Origin: Thalia democratica
Taxonomy: Eukaryota
Direction: 5' to 3'
DNA length: 64,000 bases
Assembly: GCA_965202585.1 (NCBI GenBank)
Contig: OZ241834.1
Coordinates: forward strand, 7,564,001 to 7,628,000
Shown here in pieces: positions 13,401 through 27,026 of the stretch (the stretch's first letter is position 1; every line of letters begins with the position of its first letter). The notes beneath the pieces were generated by a model, which saw only the letters and a list, made by a program, of their open reading frames with translations, searched no databases and had not been told where the DNA came from. The translations under genes were made by a program, and so were the position numbers.

Positions 13401-14917
13401 TTATTATTGTTGAAAATCATTTCCAAACTTATTTACACAACACCATTGAAACTCTTTGAAAAAACAAGCTAGTGTGAGTTTATGAGTAAAGCTTAAAAAC
13501 TAATTATTACTATGTAGACTTAAAATCAAGTAAGTTTAAGTTTGAAAAATTATGAATAAATATAAGAACTTAAATTTAGAATATTATTAAACTAAGTTAA
13601 ATTAAAATATATACCTTCAGTTTTATATACAAGTTTAAATATTAGTACTTATACATTTTATTTGAAAACCAAAATTTTTTTTTAGCAAAATTTAGCATCT
13701 TTACTAACATAAATCTTATAACACACTGTTATTAATTTTTTAACTTATAAAAAATTATAGCTTCAAAGAGCAAAGTTCAGCATACACTTAAGGTTATTTA
13801 AATAATTTCTAAGATTCTAAAATACTAAGTTTAGAACCTTTAGTTTATTTAAAATATTATTTGAATAAATCAAGTTTGTTATAAATTAATTTGTTAGTTT
13901 GATTTGTTTAAATTATCCCATATAGGACTAAAAAAACTAACCATTAAATTTGATTAATTTTCAAAGAGAAACTTTTGTTTATAGAATTTCAAATTCTATT
14001 TATAAGAAAAATTATATTCATTTTACTTGTTTTATCTTATACTTAGAATTTAGAATTTCTAGGTGCATTTATAAGGGCATAGAGGGTAATTATTTTGTTT
14101 TTAAGTAAAAATAGATGTAAGAATTTGGAATCACTTTTGTACAAATAGTCAAAGTTGACAACTTGTAAAAAATATTCTTATAATATATAAAAATTTTATA
14201 AAATTTATTTTTTCTCAACAGTTAATTGATTTATTTTATAAAAAGTAATTCATATACTTTAATCTTTCAAGTAAGGGTGAATGTTATATTTTATAAAAAA
14301 ATTCCCCTCTCCTTATGTACATTTAATTATGTATAAAAATACTATTGTTTAAAGGAAAATAAAATCTTGTCAAAACTGAAAACATCTTTTTTAGTACAAA
14401 TTATATTTAAAATACTTTTTTTTATTTGTCTTAACACAATACTAAATTGATAAAGGTTCACAAATTTTTTTTTTGGAAAAAGCTTTAAAGTTTTTGTGCT
14501 TTGTTATGAAAAAATTATTAAGATACATTTCAAAACGTAATATTTTTAAAATCTTTCATATTAGAATATCTATAATAATGAAAATTATTTTATACAAGTA
14601 TTTGACAACACAACTGTTTTTAATGATTTTGAAAAGTTTACTTCACACTTAACCAGCTAAAGGAAACATCTAAATTCTTTAACGTACTACTTTTTTCACA
14701 GCAAACAAAAAATCATCATTTGCAAAGCAATAAAATACATCTAATAAATGTTGTAAGTAAAAATTAACAACACAAACTTGAATTATTACAGAAATATACA
14801 AAACAAACAAACTTTAACACTGCTAACACCATCCATATTTGAAAGGATTCCTTCAATAGTTGAAACACATGACTGGCAAGTCATTCCCTTAATGGATATG
14901 AATGCCAATGTGCTCAT
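1420..14917 (-). CDS. ATP7: Copper-transporting P1B-type ATPase (ATP7A/ATP7B orthologue), 5' part; gene continues beyond window start
   Basis: Hand-spliced GT-AG exons with consistent phases: 14813-14917, 13244-13355, 11479-11579, 10907-11137, 8123-8395, 7640-7975, 5917-6013, 5308-5480, 4889-5050, 4289-4525, 3443-3676, 1996-2215, 1420-1589. Six heavy-metal-binding motifs (GMTCQSC, GMTCDAC, GMTCGSC, GMRCNSC, GMTCASC, GMTCSSC), TM segments (LCTPVQ|[38 protein letters not shown]) and the actuator domain ([25 protein letters not shown]). The CPC/DKTGT region is not in the window. Confidence 0.96.
6591..7070. mobile_element. Non-autonomous DNA transposon with TTAA target duplication (Kolobok-like)
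   Basis: TIR GGGCATAGGG...CCCTATGCCC flanked by TTAA on both sides. GG termini with TTAA fit Kolobok rather than piggyBac (CCC termini). A related end (aagggcatagagg) occurs near 14073. Confidence 0.7.
9964..10291. repeat. Long inverted repeat / fold-back in ATP7 intron
   Basis: Arms about 9964-10100 and 10160-10291 are near-perfect reverse complements; the spacer contains repeated aattgttataaaa units. Confidence 0.9.
12694..13152. mobile_element. Non-autonomous hAT-like element with 6-bp TSD
   Basis: Ends CAGGGTTGC...GCAACCATG, flanked by tgctaa on both sides; a related copy in the opposite orientation starts at 51370. Confidence 0.65.
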
Positions 14918-16679
14918 TTTTACTGGATTCAAAACAAAAAGTTAACAATTTATATAATTTTTGTGTATAATTTTTTAAACAGACTTAAATAAAAACCTGG
15001 TAAACACAATATTGGTGATTTATTTATTCTGAAATATCTAAAATCACTTATAAGTTTAATGAGCACAAAAATAGGTTTTAAATTGTTAAATGGATAAAGA
15101 AAATAACAAATTAAAAAACTTACTTTTAAAAAAGTTATAAGAAATTAAAGTAACTTTGAACTGAAAAATAGCAAAAACTGGTTTCATTTCAACTAATATT
15201 ACTTTTTAAATACTTTAAGCAAAAAAATCAAAAGCAGGAATCCAGTTCTAGCCAACTATGTTAACAACTAGTTTTATTTTTTATTCACCAAAATTAGTCT
15301 TACAAAGTTGCTTGCCCTTAGACTCCTTCTATTAGCAGTTTGTGATGTTATTTTATAGTGGTTCTAATTCAAATTTTATCAAATTTACAAACCTTTAAAT
15401 TTTACTAAAAGTTGCCTTGTGTTGCCTGTTTATAAAATTAGAGCCTAGAACAATGGAGCCCAGAGTAACTTTAATTTTTATAAATGAGTACTTCTATACT
15501 AATTACTTATAAGCAAGTTTTATTTCAGTGTTAAAATAACAGTATATTTTCTAAACAGTGATTAAGTATTTTGTAATTTGATTATTCTATAAGTTTAAAT
15601 TCAGTATATAATAGAGCTTACTTAGTGGTAATGATCACACGGCTGGATACTTTTCTTATTAGAGGACAGTTAGAGTGCATTTCTTAATAAGAACTTATTG
15701 TTAGCAAAATGACTGGTTATGAAAATTTGTTTGGTACTATTAATGACCTTTATAAAACATATTTGTAATCTTAAATTCAATGACATAGTAATTATGGTAT
15801 CACACCAAAAGTTTTAAAATTTTACAATTCTAGATATAATTTTTTTTATTTAATGATTAAAAACTTTTTTATAAATTTATAATGGTCTTTAAACAGTATA
15901 TTTACTATTATTCATAACTGAATGGGCAGTAACTTTGGCAATATCAAGGTTCTTGTTTTCAACCTATTAAAATGTGGCCTGATGACATAGTGGTCCTATT
16001 GACAGGGTTTGAAAATTTCTGAGTTGGAAGATTTAAACCCAGTGGTTGACATATATATAAAAAAAAAACATAACTAGGGTCTGTACACAAAATTTTAAAA
16101 CTTTAGACTGATTTACTCCTGACTTGATTTAGACTTATTCATACTGATAAATACCATAACCTTTGTTGGTCAGTGCCCAGTTTAACTTATAACCATATGA
16201 AACAACATAACCCACTGAATTAGTTACAGCATTATAGAATTTATAGTACTTTTTTCATATTCAAATTATTTAAATAGATACAACCTCTTGAACTTGTTAT
16301 AAAAATTTAGTCTTTGGAACCTATATTGATAAGTAACTGCTACAGACATAATTCAATTTTGTTTTCAAAATGCTAGCTCACTTGTTCTTAATTTTTAGTG
16401 CAACTTTAACTATTTCAACATTGATAAACTAACTTCATGATGCTTAGTATATCTTATTAATTTTTTCATAATTAATAATTTATAAATTGGATTGCTGGGA
16501 AGTTAAAAAAACTACTCAAAACAAAAAAAAAATCTCAAATTTCTTTTGTATACTCATTTTAACGTTTGAACTGTTTTGCCAATTTTTACTAAAAAACTTA
16601 TTGAGCCTGAAGCATCTGAACCCTGCATAACTGTTCATTTTTTAGGGTAAAAAACATCAGTCAAGCCCTAACCTTGCAG

Positions 16680-16960
16680 GCCTATGGTAGACTATGGTTT
16701 TCATAGTTAATATTGGCAGTTGGTTTAAAAAAGAGTGCATAACATTTTTTTCTTTTAGAATTAATATCTTTATTTTTTTTTTTTTTAATGGTAAAAAACA
16801 TTTAAGTAATAAACCAAAGTTTATTTATTGATCTTAAAGTTAAACTTTATTAATTAAAAACTATATCAAAGTTATTTACAAAATATATGGTATGAGGCTT
16901 GATGACTGAAAGTTCTTTCTCCATTGACCATAGTTGTGAGGGTTAATATGTTTCTTTCTC
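16680..16960 (+). repeat. Short retroposed copy of the LINE 3' end (SINE-like tail family)
   Basis: Similar to 20070-20347 (ctatgg.agactatggttt...; gatgac.gaaag.tctttctcca...gacc.tagttgtg...tttctttct). Further copies at ~20522-20595 (minus) and ~23728-23800 (plus). Confidence 0.75.
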
Positions 16961-16964
16961 TCAA

Positions 16965-19900
16965 GGGGAGGGTAAGTACTAATGTATTTTAACAAAATTA
17001 AAAATGTACAATATATATTTTTAATAAATACTCAAAAACTAATGATTGATACTTCAAAAATTCTTAATAAATTTCAAATATATAAAATTATCAACTCTAA
17101 AGACTCAATACATTTAAAGTTTGAATGCTTTATAGATAAAATCAAAGAGATAAGTGATAAAAATATTCCTATGAAAAAACTTTCAAAATCTCAATTAAAA
17201 CTCAAGTCAAAACCCTGGATTACAAAAGGTATTCATAAATCTATTAGGCATAAAAACAACCTTTACAAAATACTATGCAGAAGTAACTTTAGTAACAAGC
17301 ACCAAGTAAAAGAATATAAAGTTTACAGAAACAAGTTAACAAAAATTAAAACAATTTCGAAAAAAAAGTATTTTGAAATTAGACTTCAAAGCTGTAATAA
17401 AGATTCAGCAGAGACTTGGAAGGTAATTAATAATATCACAAAAAAACAAAAAAAAAAAACATATTTTTCCTCATAAACTTGAAATAAATGAAAAATCTTT
17501 TGTTAATTCAGATGAAATTGTAAATAACTTGAACCTTCATTTTGCCAATATTGGAAAACAAACTTATTTAAAACAGGAAATTCATCCAAAGTGTTCTATT
17601 AATAGCCCAAAAAACCACTATAACAGTTTTGTCTGGTTTGATGTACATGAAAATGAAATAATAAGTATTATAAAAAGTTTAAGTTCAGATAAAGCTAGTG
17701 GTGTAGATAATATTTCAATTAAAATCTTAAAAAAAATAAATTATCATATAGCTCCAGTTATTAGTGAACTAACCAATCAAGCATTTCATGAAGGTAATTA
17801 CCCAAATTGTTTAAAATTAGCTAAAGTTATACCTATATTTAAATCAGGTTCAAAAACACTTCCAGGAAACTATCGACCGATTTCACTTTTATCAAATATT
17901 AACAAAATTATAGAAAAAGCCATATATAGTCGCTTATACAAGTTTTTTACAAAGTTCAATATCTTAAATTCTTCTCAGTTTGGCTTTAGGGAGGGACACT
18001 CTACTACCTTAGCTCTTTCAGAGTTTGTGGAAAGTACATTGTCCTCCTTTGATAAGGGAAATGCAGTTTGTGCTGTTTTATTAGATTTGAGCAAGGCATT
18101 TGACTGTGTGGATAGAAAGATTTTGTTAGACAAATTAGAATATATTGGAATAAATGGAAAAATGCATAATTTAATAAAATCATATTTAACAGAAAGAAAG
18201 CAATTTGTTAATTTTGGAGGGCATGAATCAGATTGGGAGGGTGTAGAAGTAGGAGTGCCACAGGGTTCTGTTTTAGGACCATTACTTTTTTTGGTATATA
18301 TAAATGATCTTCAAAACAACACCAGTCTAAATGTGCTAAATTTTGCAGACGATACATTATTATATACCACATTTAAAAAAGACAATTACAAAACAGACAC
18401 TGCATACCTTAATTCAGAACTAGATAATGTATCAAAATGGTTAAAGGATAATAGGCTTAAACTAAATACTGATAAAACAAGGTACATGCTATTTCACTCT
18501 GGTAAAACAAAAGTTTTGAAAAACACAAGTTTACAAATAAAAATAGGTAATACATCCATATTAAAGGTAGAAAATTATAAGTATCTTGGTTTTACAATAG
18601 ATAGTAACCTCAATTGGTCTGACCATATTGAAGCAGTAAAAACAAAGCTATTGAAAACAATAGGTATTTTATACAAAACAAGGTACTTTTTAAATCAAAA
18701 ATCCTTATACTACATCTTTAATTCTCTTCTAATGAGTCATGTAAGATATGGTTTGTTGTGTTGGGGTAGGGCAAGTAAAACTAAAATTAATGAAATTGAT
18801 AAACTCATTAATAGAGCATTAAGATGCATTCATTCCAAAGGTTGGAATGAAAGTGTTAAAAGTATAAAAATAGATAAGAAAATATTAGATGTTAAAAACA
18901 TGTTTAAGTATGAGGTAGGAGTTTTTATGCACAAATTTAAAAAAGATACTTTACCAGTTAACTTTAAGCCTTACTTTACAAACGTTAATAAAATGCATAA
19001 TCATCTAACAAGATTTGCCGAAACAAACTATTTTTTTCCCAGAGTAAATAGTCTCTTTGGTCTTAAAACATTATCCTACCTTGGTTCTAAACTATGGGAA
19101 GAATTGCCTAGAAACTTGGTAGATCAGAGCTATCTTGGAGCATTTCAATATGGAATGAGAGAAAACTTACTTAAAAGACAATCAGAAAAATATCAAGCTT
19201 AATCTTTACCAACAGTTGAACTTATATCTTAGTATTGGTGTTTGTCTTAATCTTTTTTTTTTTTTGGGCTGATTGCTGTTGGTCTTATAAACTGGGTGAA
19301 GGTAGAGCTGGATTGGTATAGGTTGGTTTTATTATTTTTATCTTTTTATTTATTATATATACTATTTTAATTTGTTTCTTGTACATAAAATTTGATAGTA
19401 TTGTTTTGTCCTCATTGACAGAGTGATTTAACGAGTAGATGTATTATTTTACTTTTATAACTCTATTTTGTAGTTTTTTGTTTACTATATATTAATTGTC
19501 AATTTGTTTCAGAAGATTGAGATTTTAAATTTAGAAGTAAAAACTTCATATTTTTTAGACATTCTGGTTATTTAATTTTATTTGTTAAAAATTAGTTTTA
19601 GGTTTACAAACAGTTTATTTAACTCAATTAAATACTTTTATTATTACTTTATTATTTTGTTTTTAAATTTAGCTGTTTATTGTTAGAAGTGATTTTATTT
19701 TAAGTAGTTTAAACAAATTCTATCAATTATTAGTGCTAGATTTTATTGTTTAAAACTGAATTGTTTACAAATCTATAAAACAGTTAGACCAAGTTTTTTT
19801 TTTTTTTTTTTTGTTTGCTCTATTTTTATTTACCTACAAACACATATACTAGAAATTTAAAGACACTTTTTTAAAATACATGGCGCTCTTTCAGTTTTAT

Positions 19901-20347
19901 GACATTACTGAATATTTTATTTATACTGACATTACTAACTCTCCCCATCTATTCAATTTTGAGATATCTGTTGCATTTTTTGTGGTTGCTCTTGTAGAAA
20001 GGGCAACAAGAAAAATGTGAATGTACATGATCATAAAAATAGAAATCTAGGGGAGGAGACGGTGTGGAGCCCATGGAGACTATGGTTTCCATGGTCAATA
20101 ATGGCAGTAATGGGTTAAAAAAGGGTGCTTACCATTTTTAAACTTAAAAAAAAAAAAAAAATTTTTGTATATACAGTTACTTATTAAGTTTTTGTTTTAA
20201 TTCTTTCATTATTGTTTTAAAGTTAGCTCAAAGAATAGTTACAAGTAAATGGTGTGCAGCTCGATGACCGAAAGGTCTTTCTCCACACCAATCCATCGAC
20301 CTTAGTTGTGGTGTGGTGAGCGTTCACATTTTTCTTTCTTTCTTTCA
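16965..20347 (+). mobile_element. 5'-truncated LINE (APE-class, CR1/L2/Jockey-type RT), ORF2 split by one frameshift
   Basis: ORFs 16982-17476 and 17529-19202 join across an A-run at ~17441-17460. RT motifs YRPISLL, QFGFREGHST, DLSKAFD, GVPQGSVLGPLLFLVYINDL, FADDT, YKYLG. No APE catalytic domain seen. T-rich 3'UTR ending in (TTTC)n near 20335-20347. Confidence 0.92.
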
Positions 20348-22770
20348 ATATTTAGATTTTATCAATATTCTGCTCAATTAGTTCAAAGCATTTTTGTTGT
20401 TTACTATATTTAAAGCATTTCTATAAAAACTTGCAAAAACCTAACATAACTAGTAAAATAATATAATTATTTTAATTTAACTGTCATAACAGGGACAAAA
20501 ACGTAAAATGTAGATGATATAAATAAATAGAAAGAAAGAAAGAAAATTGTGACGCTCACAACTATGGTCAATGGATTGGTGTGATTGGTACTTGAATACC
20601 TTTAAAATTTTGTCCAGGACAATAGTTATTTTTTAAACATAAAATTTATTATTATTTTTTGCTAACTAGCCATGCAAAAACTACTCTAATAAAATAAATA
20701 GAGAAAATAAAAAACTCAAAAAATTAAAACCTTACTTGTAAATATAAGTTAAGAAGTAAAATGTTTTTAAAATTAAAACTAACACTAAACTATTAAGTTT
20801 TTTTAAACAACTGTGCTATACAAACTGAGTAACGACAAAATAACTTGAAATAATGACTATTAAAGATTATTTATAAGGTTTTATTAATTTTTTTTTGTTT
20901 TAAATACTAATTAAAAAGCAGGTTGTATTCTTTTTTAAAATGAGGTTCAGCTTTAAGGACTGCCTGTTTAAAATAAGAATATTAGAAATAAGAAAGAAAA
21001 ATTCAAAATACTAAAAAGTTAATCGTTTTAAGATATTAAATTATGAATACATACTTAAAGTTAAAATATGATAAAAGAATTATAAATACTAATAAAACAG
21101 CAACACTTTATTTTCTTCAGAAATTAGATATACTTCACATTTACTACACCACGTGTAAACAACAACTTTTTAAGCTAGATTTACAAGATAAACTTAATAG
21201 TAGAATAATTTTGTGTGGTCCTCATTTTAAAAACATAAAGTGTAAAATTTAAGATATAAAAATAAATAAAGCAACATCCTACGACCGGTTTCGTTTTTCG
21301 ACTAGTTAATAAGGACGAAACCGGTCGTAGGTTGTTTCGGATACTGTTGTTGATGGTCGTGTGGTAAAGTTCATTGATTGTTATTAAACTTAACTAATAA
21401 AAAAAGTTAAGTAAACAACCAACTTCCATAATAACATACAAAAGTTTCTTTTAATTTAAAGAAGTTTCATTTTTGTGCTGTGCGCTACTGGGTTTAACTG
21501 ACTAGGCTCATCTTAATCAAAAACATACTTTACAAAAATTTATTCCAGCATGTTATAAATGTTAATCTTGTTTTTAATTAGAAAAAACTTAATAAATTTT
21601 TCAGCATGAAAAATTTCAAAGATAATTTGCTTGAATTATCCAAAAGTAAAACATAGCGAGTTACACCGAATTAAATTTTAAGATGAATATCTTTTAAATC
21701 TACCTTTATACATTTAATAATTAAAAATAATCTATTCAATAAAATAGTTTTGTAAAAAATAATAAGCACTTTCGATATGTTGAATTTAAATGTTTTACCA
21801 AAGACTTTCATTAAGCAAAAGCTAGCATCGACTTATATTAAACAAAATTTAGTATTAATTAACTTTTATACTAAACTTATAGTTTTTTAAACATGTATTA
21901 AAACTTTATGAGAAAAAAATGTTTTTTAAGATTTGCTAAATGCAATATTATTGACCACTATAACTCGGATTATTTGAAGCATAAGTTAAAATTCATATAA
22001 ATTTCTCTGATTAAACATAGGAATACTACAAATTCTAATTTATGGCTAAAAAAAAGACACGTTTTACAACTTCGTTATAACGAACGAAAATCAGTACAAT
22101 AATACAACAAATAAACGAACCAAAAAAAGAACAGATTTAGAATTAATGAGTAATTTCAGCTACGCAACTTCTGGAACAGTTTAAACGGAAGTTAAATTTC
22201 TGAAGCCTCTTTTGTAGATAATTTTTAGAACGACTCTCTTGTTTACATAATTAATATCTTGTCTCAGCTTGACGACTATCAAAGTAATTAGTTCAAACTT
22301 TTAAAAAAAACTATAATTTATAATAGAAGTTTCTAAAAACAAACAGCAATAAACTATCGTTATATAGACGGTATAAATAGTTAGTAGACCTTTTAAACAA
22401 CAGTAACTTTTAAAGTTCTTATGTTCTATAATCAATATAATAGTTTTGTTAATGTACTTTTCAGTTAAAAGTAAAATTTCAATACAAAAAAAGAAATATT
22501 TTTTTGGTAAAAGTTTTACAAATTACGTTGCCTATCTTTAACTTAAATTATTTTTTCTAACGCGGTAGCTAAAATAGTTTGTTCGACCAATTATTAATAA
22601 AAAAAAAAAGGAATTTAAACTGATTATAAATAAAAAGTGTTTTTACAAAACATATATTGTTTTTAAGATTATGCTGCTTTAACTAGTAAGTTGTACATTT
22701 TCTATTCAGAAATGTATTTAAATCTATTTTACCGATTTTTTTTTAACTTATTGGTTTACTTGGTATCACT

Positions 22771-23114
22771 AAGGGGTCGGCAAACTGTGGCAAAAGTTAA
22801 TGTGTGGCCCGCTAGATATTTTTGCTTTATACTTACTTTTTTTAAATAAACACATGAAGGTTTTTTAGGTAAAAGCTCAAAATTATGCTCTAAATTTATA
22901 ACTACTTTTTACCTATGCTCTATAACTCTTAATTCATCACATTAAATAGTATATTTAGATTAGTACAGTATTGGTAATATAGATGACAAACTTGATTTTA
23001 ATGACTGTGGTACGCCGAAGACTTTTTTCTACACATTTTGGTCCAGGTTTATGTAAAAGGTTTCTGACCATTAATGTGTAATACGTTTTATACAAAAAAT
23101 CTCTGCAGACCCTG
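22771..23114. mobile_element. hAT-Charlie-type MITE, degenerate
   Basis: Ends AAGGGGTCGGCAAACT...TGCAGACCCTG resemble the CAGGGGTCGGCAAAC Charlie-type TIR; degenerate 8-bp TSD gtatcact/gtttaact. Confidence 0.6.
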
Positions 23115-23488
23115 GTTTAACTAGTTGATTAAAATTTCGTGAAAAAGTAATTTGGCAATATAATGTCAAAGGTCAAAATGTCTAGACAATATCTAATCAG
23201 AAGTAGTCTAGATTGGCGCCAGAAATTAGTTAATATAGAAGTATCAATTATATCCACACTATTTTTGTCCAAATTACACCCAAAGGTAAATGAAGGCATA
23301 CTTGTTGAATGCGTAAGTGAGTTTAACTGAAATTTTAATAGAATAATAAACTTGAATTACTTGATAATTTTGTAGTTAAATTAAGTTATTGTTACACAGA
23401 TTTTAACCAGAATTTTTTATTAAGTAACCAACTCAAGTTTGTTGTTTTGTAAACATTAAATTAATATTAGTTTAATTCCTAATAAAAT

Positions 23489-23690
23489 TTTATTTCATCT
23501 TATGTTTTTAGTAATTATTTTCTTATAAAACATTTCAATTAAAAATTGCTTAATTTTTTCAAATATATATCAATAAATACTTCAACTGCTTTTATTTCAT
23601 CTTATGTTTTTAGTAATTATTTTCTTATAAAACATTTCAATTAAAATTGCTTAAGTTTTTCAAATATATATTAATAAATACTTCAACTGC
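23489..23690. repeat. Tandem duplication, two ~101-bp units
   Basis: ttttatttcatcttatgtttttagtaatt...cttcaactgc occurs twice head-to-tail with few differences. Confidence 0.9.
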
Positions 23691-26129
23691 TTTATAATCT
23701 AATCAATAGTCTAAATAACTAAGTTATCATGGTCCAAAAGGTCTTTCTCTACACCAATCCATTGACCTTAGTTGTGAGCATTCATATTTATTCTTTCTTT
23801 CTAATAGTTCTTATGCACTTGTATAAGTAAATGGTGGTGGCAACATTTTGCGTTTTTCTGTGCCAATTTCTTTTTTTTATTATTTTACTAAAAATAAAGT
23901 CAATATTGAGTATAAGGTAAATTTAATTTTACTAGTTTTTTTTAATTATTGTTTTCCACAATTTTATGTTTGGTTATTAGTCATTATTGGAAGTGCAGGC
24001 TACTAAGTCATTGATAGCTTTACAGTTTAATTATACAAGAACTCTTGTGTTAATATAGTCTTATGTCAACAACTATCTTTTTGTGCTAATATAGTCCCTT
24101 TTTTGGCTCTCATAGTAATTGTTCAGAAAATTGTTATCTTTTTTCCTATTAAATAGATAATCAGACTAAAAGTTAACAATAAAATATTCAATTAGTTGTT
24201 TTGAACATAGATTGGTCATAAATTTGTTCGGTAATTTTATATTTTTTTATGATTCCGTTACTATAATATATTATATTCTGCTAAATATTTTAGTATTTTA
24301 CTCACAGTGCCATTTATATATAAATATATTGTCATCTTCTTACTTATCAAAAATAATCAAACCCTTTTAAAAATTATGATTATAGGAAAGATACCTTATA
24401 TACAGTAACATATAGAAAGTTTCAATAACTACCAAAACCTAAGCTATCTTTCAAACATAAATTTCAGAATTTACTTACCCCCATCTTTCAATTTTTTTTT
24501 TAAGTTTTGATGGGAACCAATACTCTAAAATAGTTTAATTTAGTCAATTTTTTATTTACGAGTTAGTCTATTTTTGTAATTTTTCAACTCCACCAGTAAA
24601 ATTAAATTTTGAGGTGAAAGTTTATACTATTAAATTTATATATACAACTTGATAGATATCTAATTTACTTTGATAATAATCTATTTTTTTTTGTGGGCTG
24701 AAACTAAAATGGTGTTAATTGAGTAGACTGTTCAATTGATTTTTTTCTAAACATAGTTAAAAATATTTTTAAACTTAATTTTATTAAGTTTTATTAAGTA
24801 TTTTTCAGTTCATATAACAAAAAAATTCAAAATTAAGTTAATAAAAATGACTTAAAATTGTATTGCTATTGTTTTTAAGTAAGAAGTGTATTTATTTTTA
24901 AGTTTTAACAAAAAAGATAAAATAGGCAATAAAAACATTCAAACTTGAGTAATGTTATTTTAGGAAAGGATTTTTTATTACTAATGGTTCAACATTTAAC
25001 TGTTTGAAAACTGTTTCTTTACAGTATTAGATTTTTACTGTGAAAATTTTGAATTACATCAAGTCTTGGTAAATTTAAGTTTTTAATAAAATAGACCATT
25101 GAATATTACCTGTCACTGAGTTGCCACTAACTCTTACTTGTTTAACATTTAAACTGACTCATCAAGTCAACTAGGCTTGACAATTTTTTTTTTGCAAATA
25201 TTAGTTCAGTTGTTATGAATTTGAACTTCTTTTGTTCAAATTTAATTATGTTATTGTTCTAGATGTTCGGTTTTTTGTGATTAGTTTTTTAGTATTACAA
25301 CTTGGACACAGTAAATTTGTTTGGGTTTTGATCTTTCTTTTTATTTTTATCAATTTAATTTTTAATCTTATAAATCTACTTAAATTTTAACTATAATATC
25401 TTAAAACCTGGTTAATCCACTTAGTTTTTGGTCACATAGGCTAGCTTTTTTGCCTGAAGAAGTGACGACCCTGCTGTCATAAGGGAATATGAAATATTGA
25501 CTAAAACTTTTTTATTTGTTTTAAATAAATTCTACTACTACAATATTATATAGAATCTTAAACAAATTTTCAACTTGCTATGGACTTAAGTCACTAATTT
25601 CCTAAAATCTTAAATATTTTAACTTATAAAATAATGAGAATTTTTATATATTGTTATTACATTCATCTAAATATATTTATTCCTACACTTAAGTCAGGTA
25701 TTGTTCACTCAAGTTAGTTTTTTTGACTCGAAGAGTAACAACTCTTTAAAAAACTATTATAAACAAAAAACACATTTTGCATATCACACGTTTAATATAA
25801 ATATTTCAGCATTGTAGCCTAAATGTCAGTTTTAAGTCATCAATACTTAAAAAGTTATTAATAATTTACAACATAATGCAAAATTTATACATTATAATTA
25901 TATTTATCCAAGAACATTAATATTAGTTATTATTATATTCACTTGACACATATAAATTAAAAGAAATAAGCACAATGCCATATGTGCTGTGTGCTAACTG
26001 TAGTTTCAAAATAGCTTAATTTCATACAGTTATGTATAAAAATGATTAACAAAAAATTAGTTGTTTTTTAATATTTATTAATTCTGTATTTATTAATATT
26101 AATTAACAGTAATAAGAAACTACTATGTG

Positions 26130-27026
26130 CAGGGTTCCCGCGCGTCAGGCTAAGTCAGGCTAAATCAGTTTTTTTGAAAAAAGTTGAAAAACGTCAGGCT
26201 AAATCAGTTTTTATGTGTAAAAATTTGAGAATCTCAGTTTTTGTCAGTTCAAATGCATGAAATTTTTTAAATTAAGATCAAATTGAGATGTGAATTAATT
26301 TCTAAATAAAGATTTAGTTATTAAAGACAAAATCAGTCAATATTTGTAAAAATAAGTGCTTAAAACCTTTTGTTAAATCTCTAAAATAATTTTAAGAATC
26401 TTCATTATTTTGTTTATAGTAGATTATATATGTCATAATTATAAAAATTCATAAAAAAGTACAGTTTAAACATTACAGTTTAGTTCATAAACTTAGCTGT
26501 TTGTCTGAATTTGTTTACATGAGCTTTGTTTTTCAGAGCTTAGTTGGAACTGTTTTAATTTCTCATATAAAGGCTTTATACCAAATACTTTTTAGATTAA
26601 TACTCTTAGCAGTTTGTTAAGTCACATTTCTGTTTTAATAAAAGCTTCTGGTCCAGTCATGTAACTTATAATTGACGAATTCAAGTACTAATTGACACGA
26701 ACCCTGTATATGGGTTTTAAGTGGTGGATGTAACTAAGCCCAAAAATTTAATAAAGGTATGAATTCATTGAAGCAGAAATTATAATGACCAGTTAAAAAT
26801 ATTCAAGTTGCTGGGTAAGCGATTGGTAGATGTTGAAAAATAATTCATTTAAACTTTTATTTTCTTTAAAAGTAGTTTTGTGAATACTTTTATTGCGTTA
26901 ATTTGCTAATTAAGACCCCGATACCCAAAATGCCTTCTGAAGGTGATTTTTTCTACTTTAAAAAAATGTCAGGCTAAATAGGTCTCTGTCAAGCTAAATG
27001 AAAAGGTATTTCGCGCACGAACCCTG
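26130..27026. mobile_element. Non-autonomous hAT-like element with 6-bp TSD
   Basis: Ends CAGGGTTC...GAACCCTG with subterminal GTCAGGCTAA repeats, flanked by tatgtg on both sides; a second right-end motif (cacgaaccctg) lies at ~26696-26706. Confidence 0.7.
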
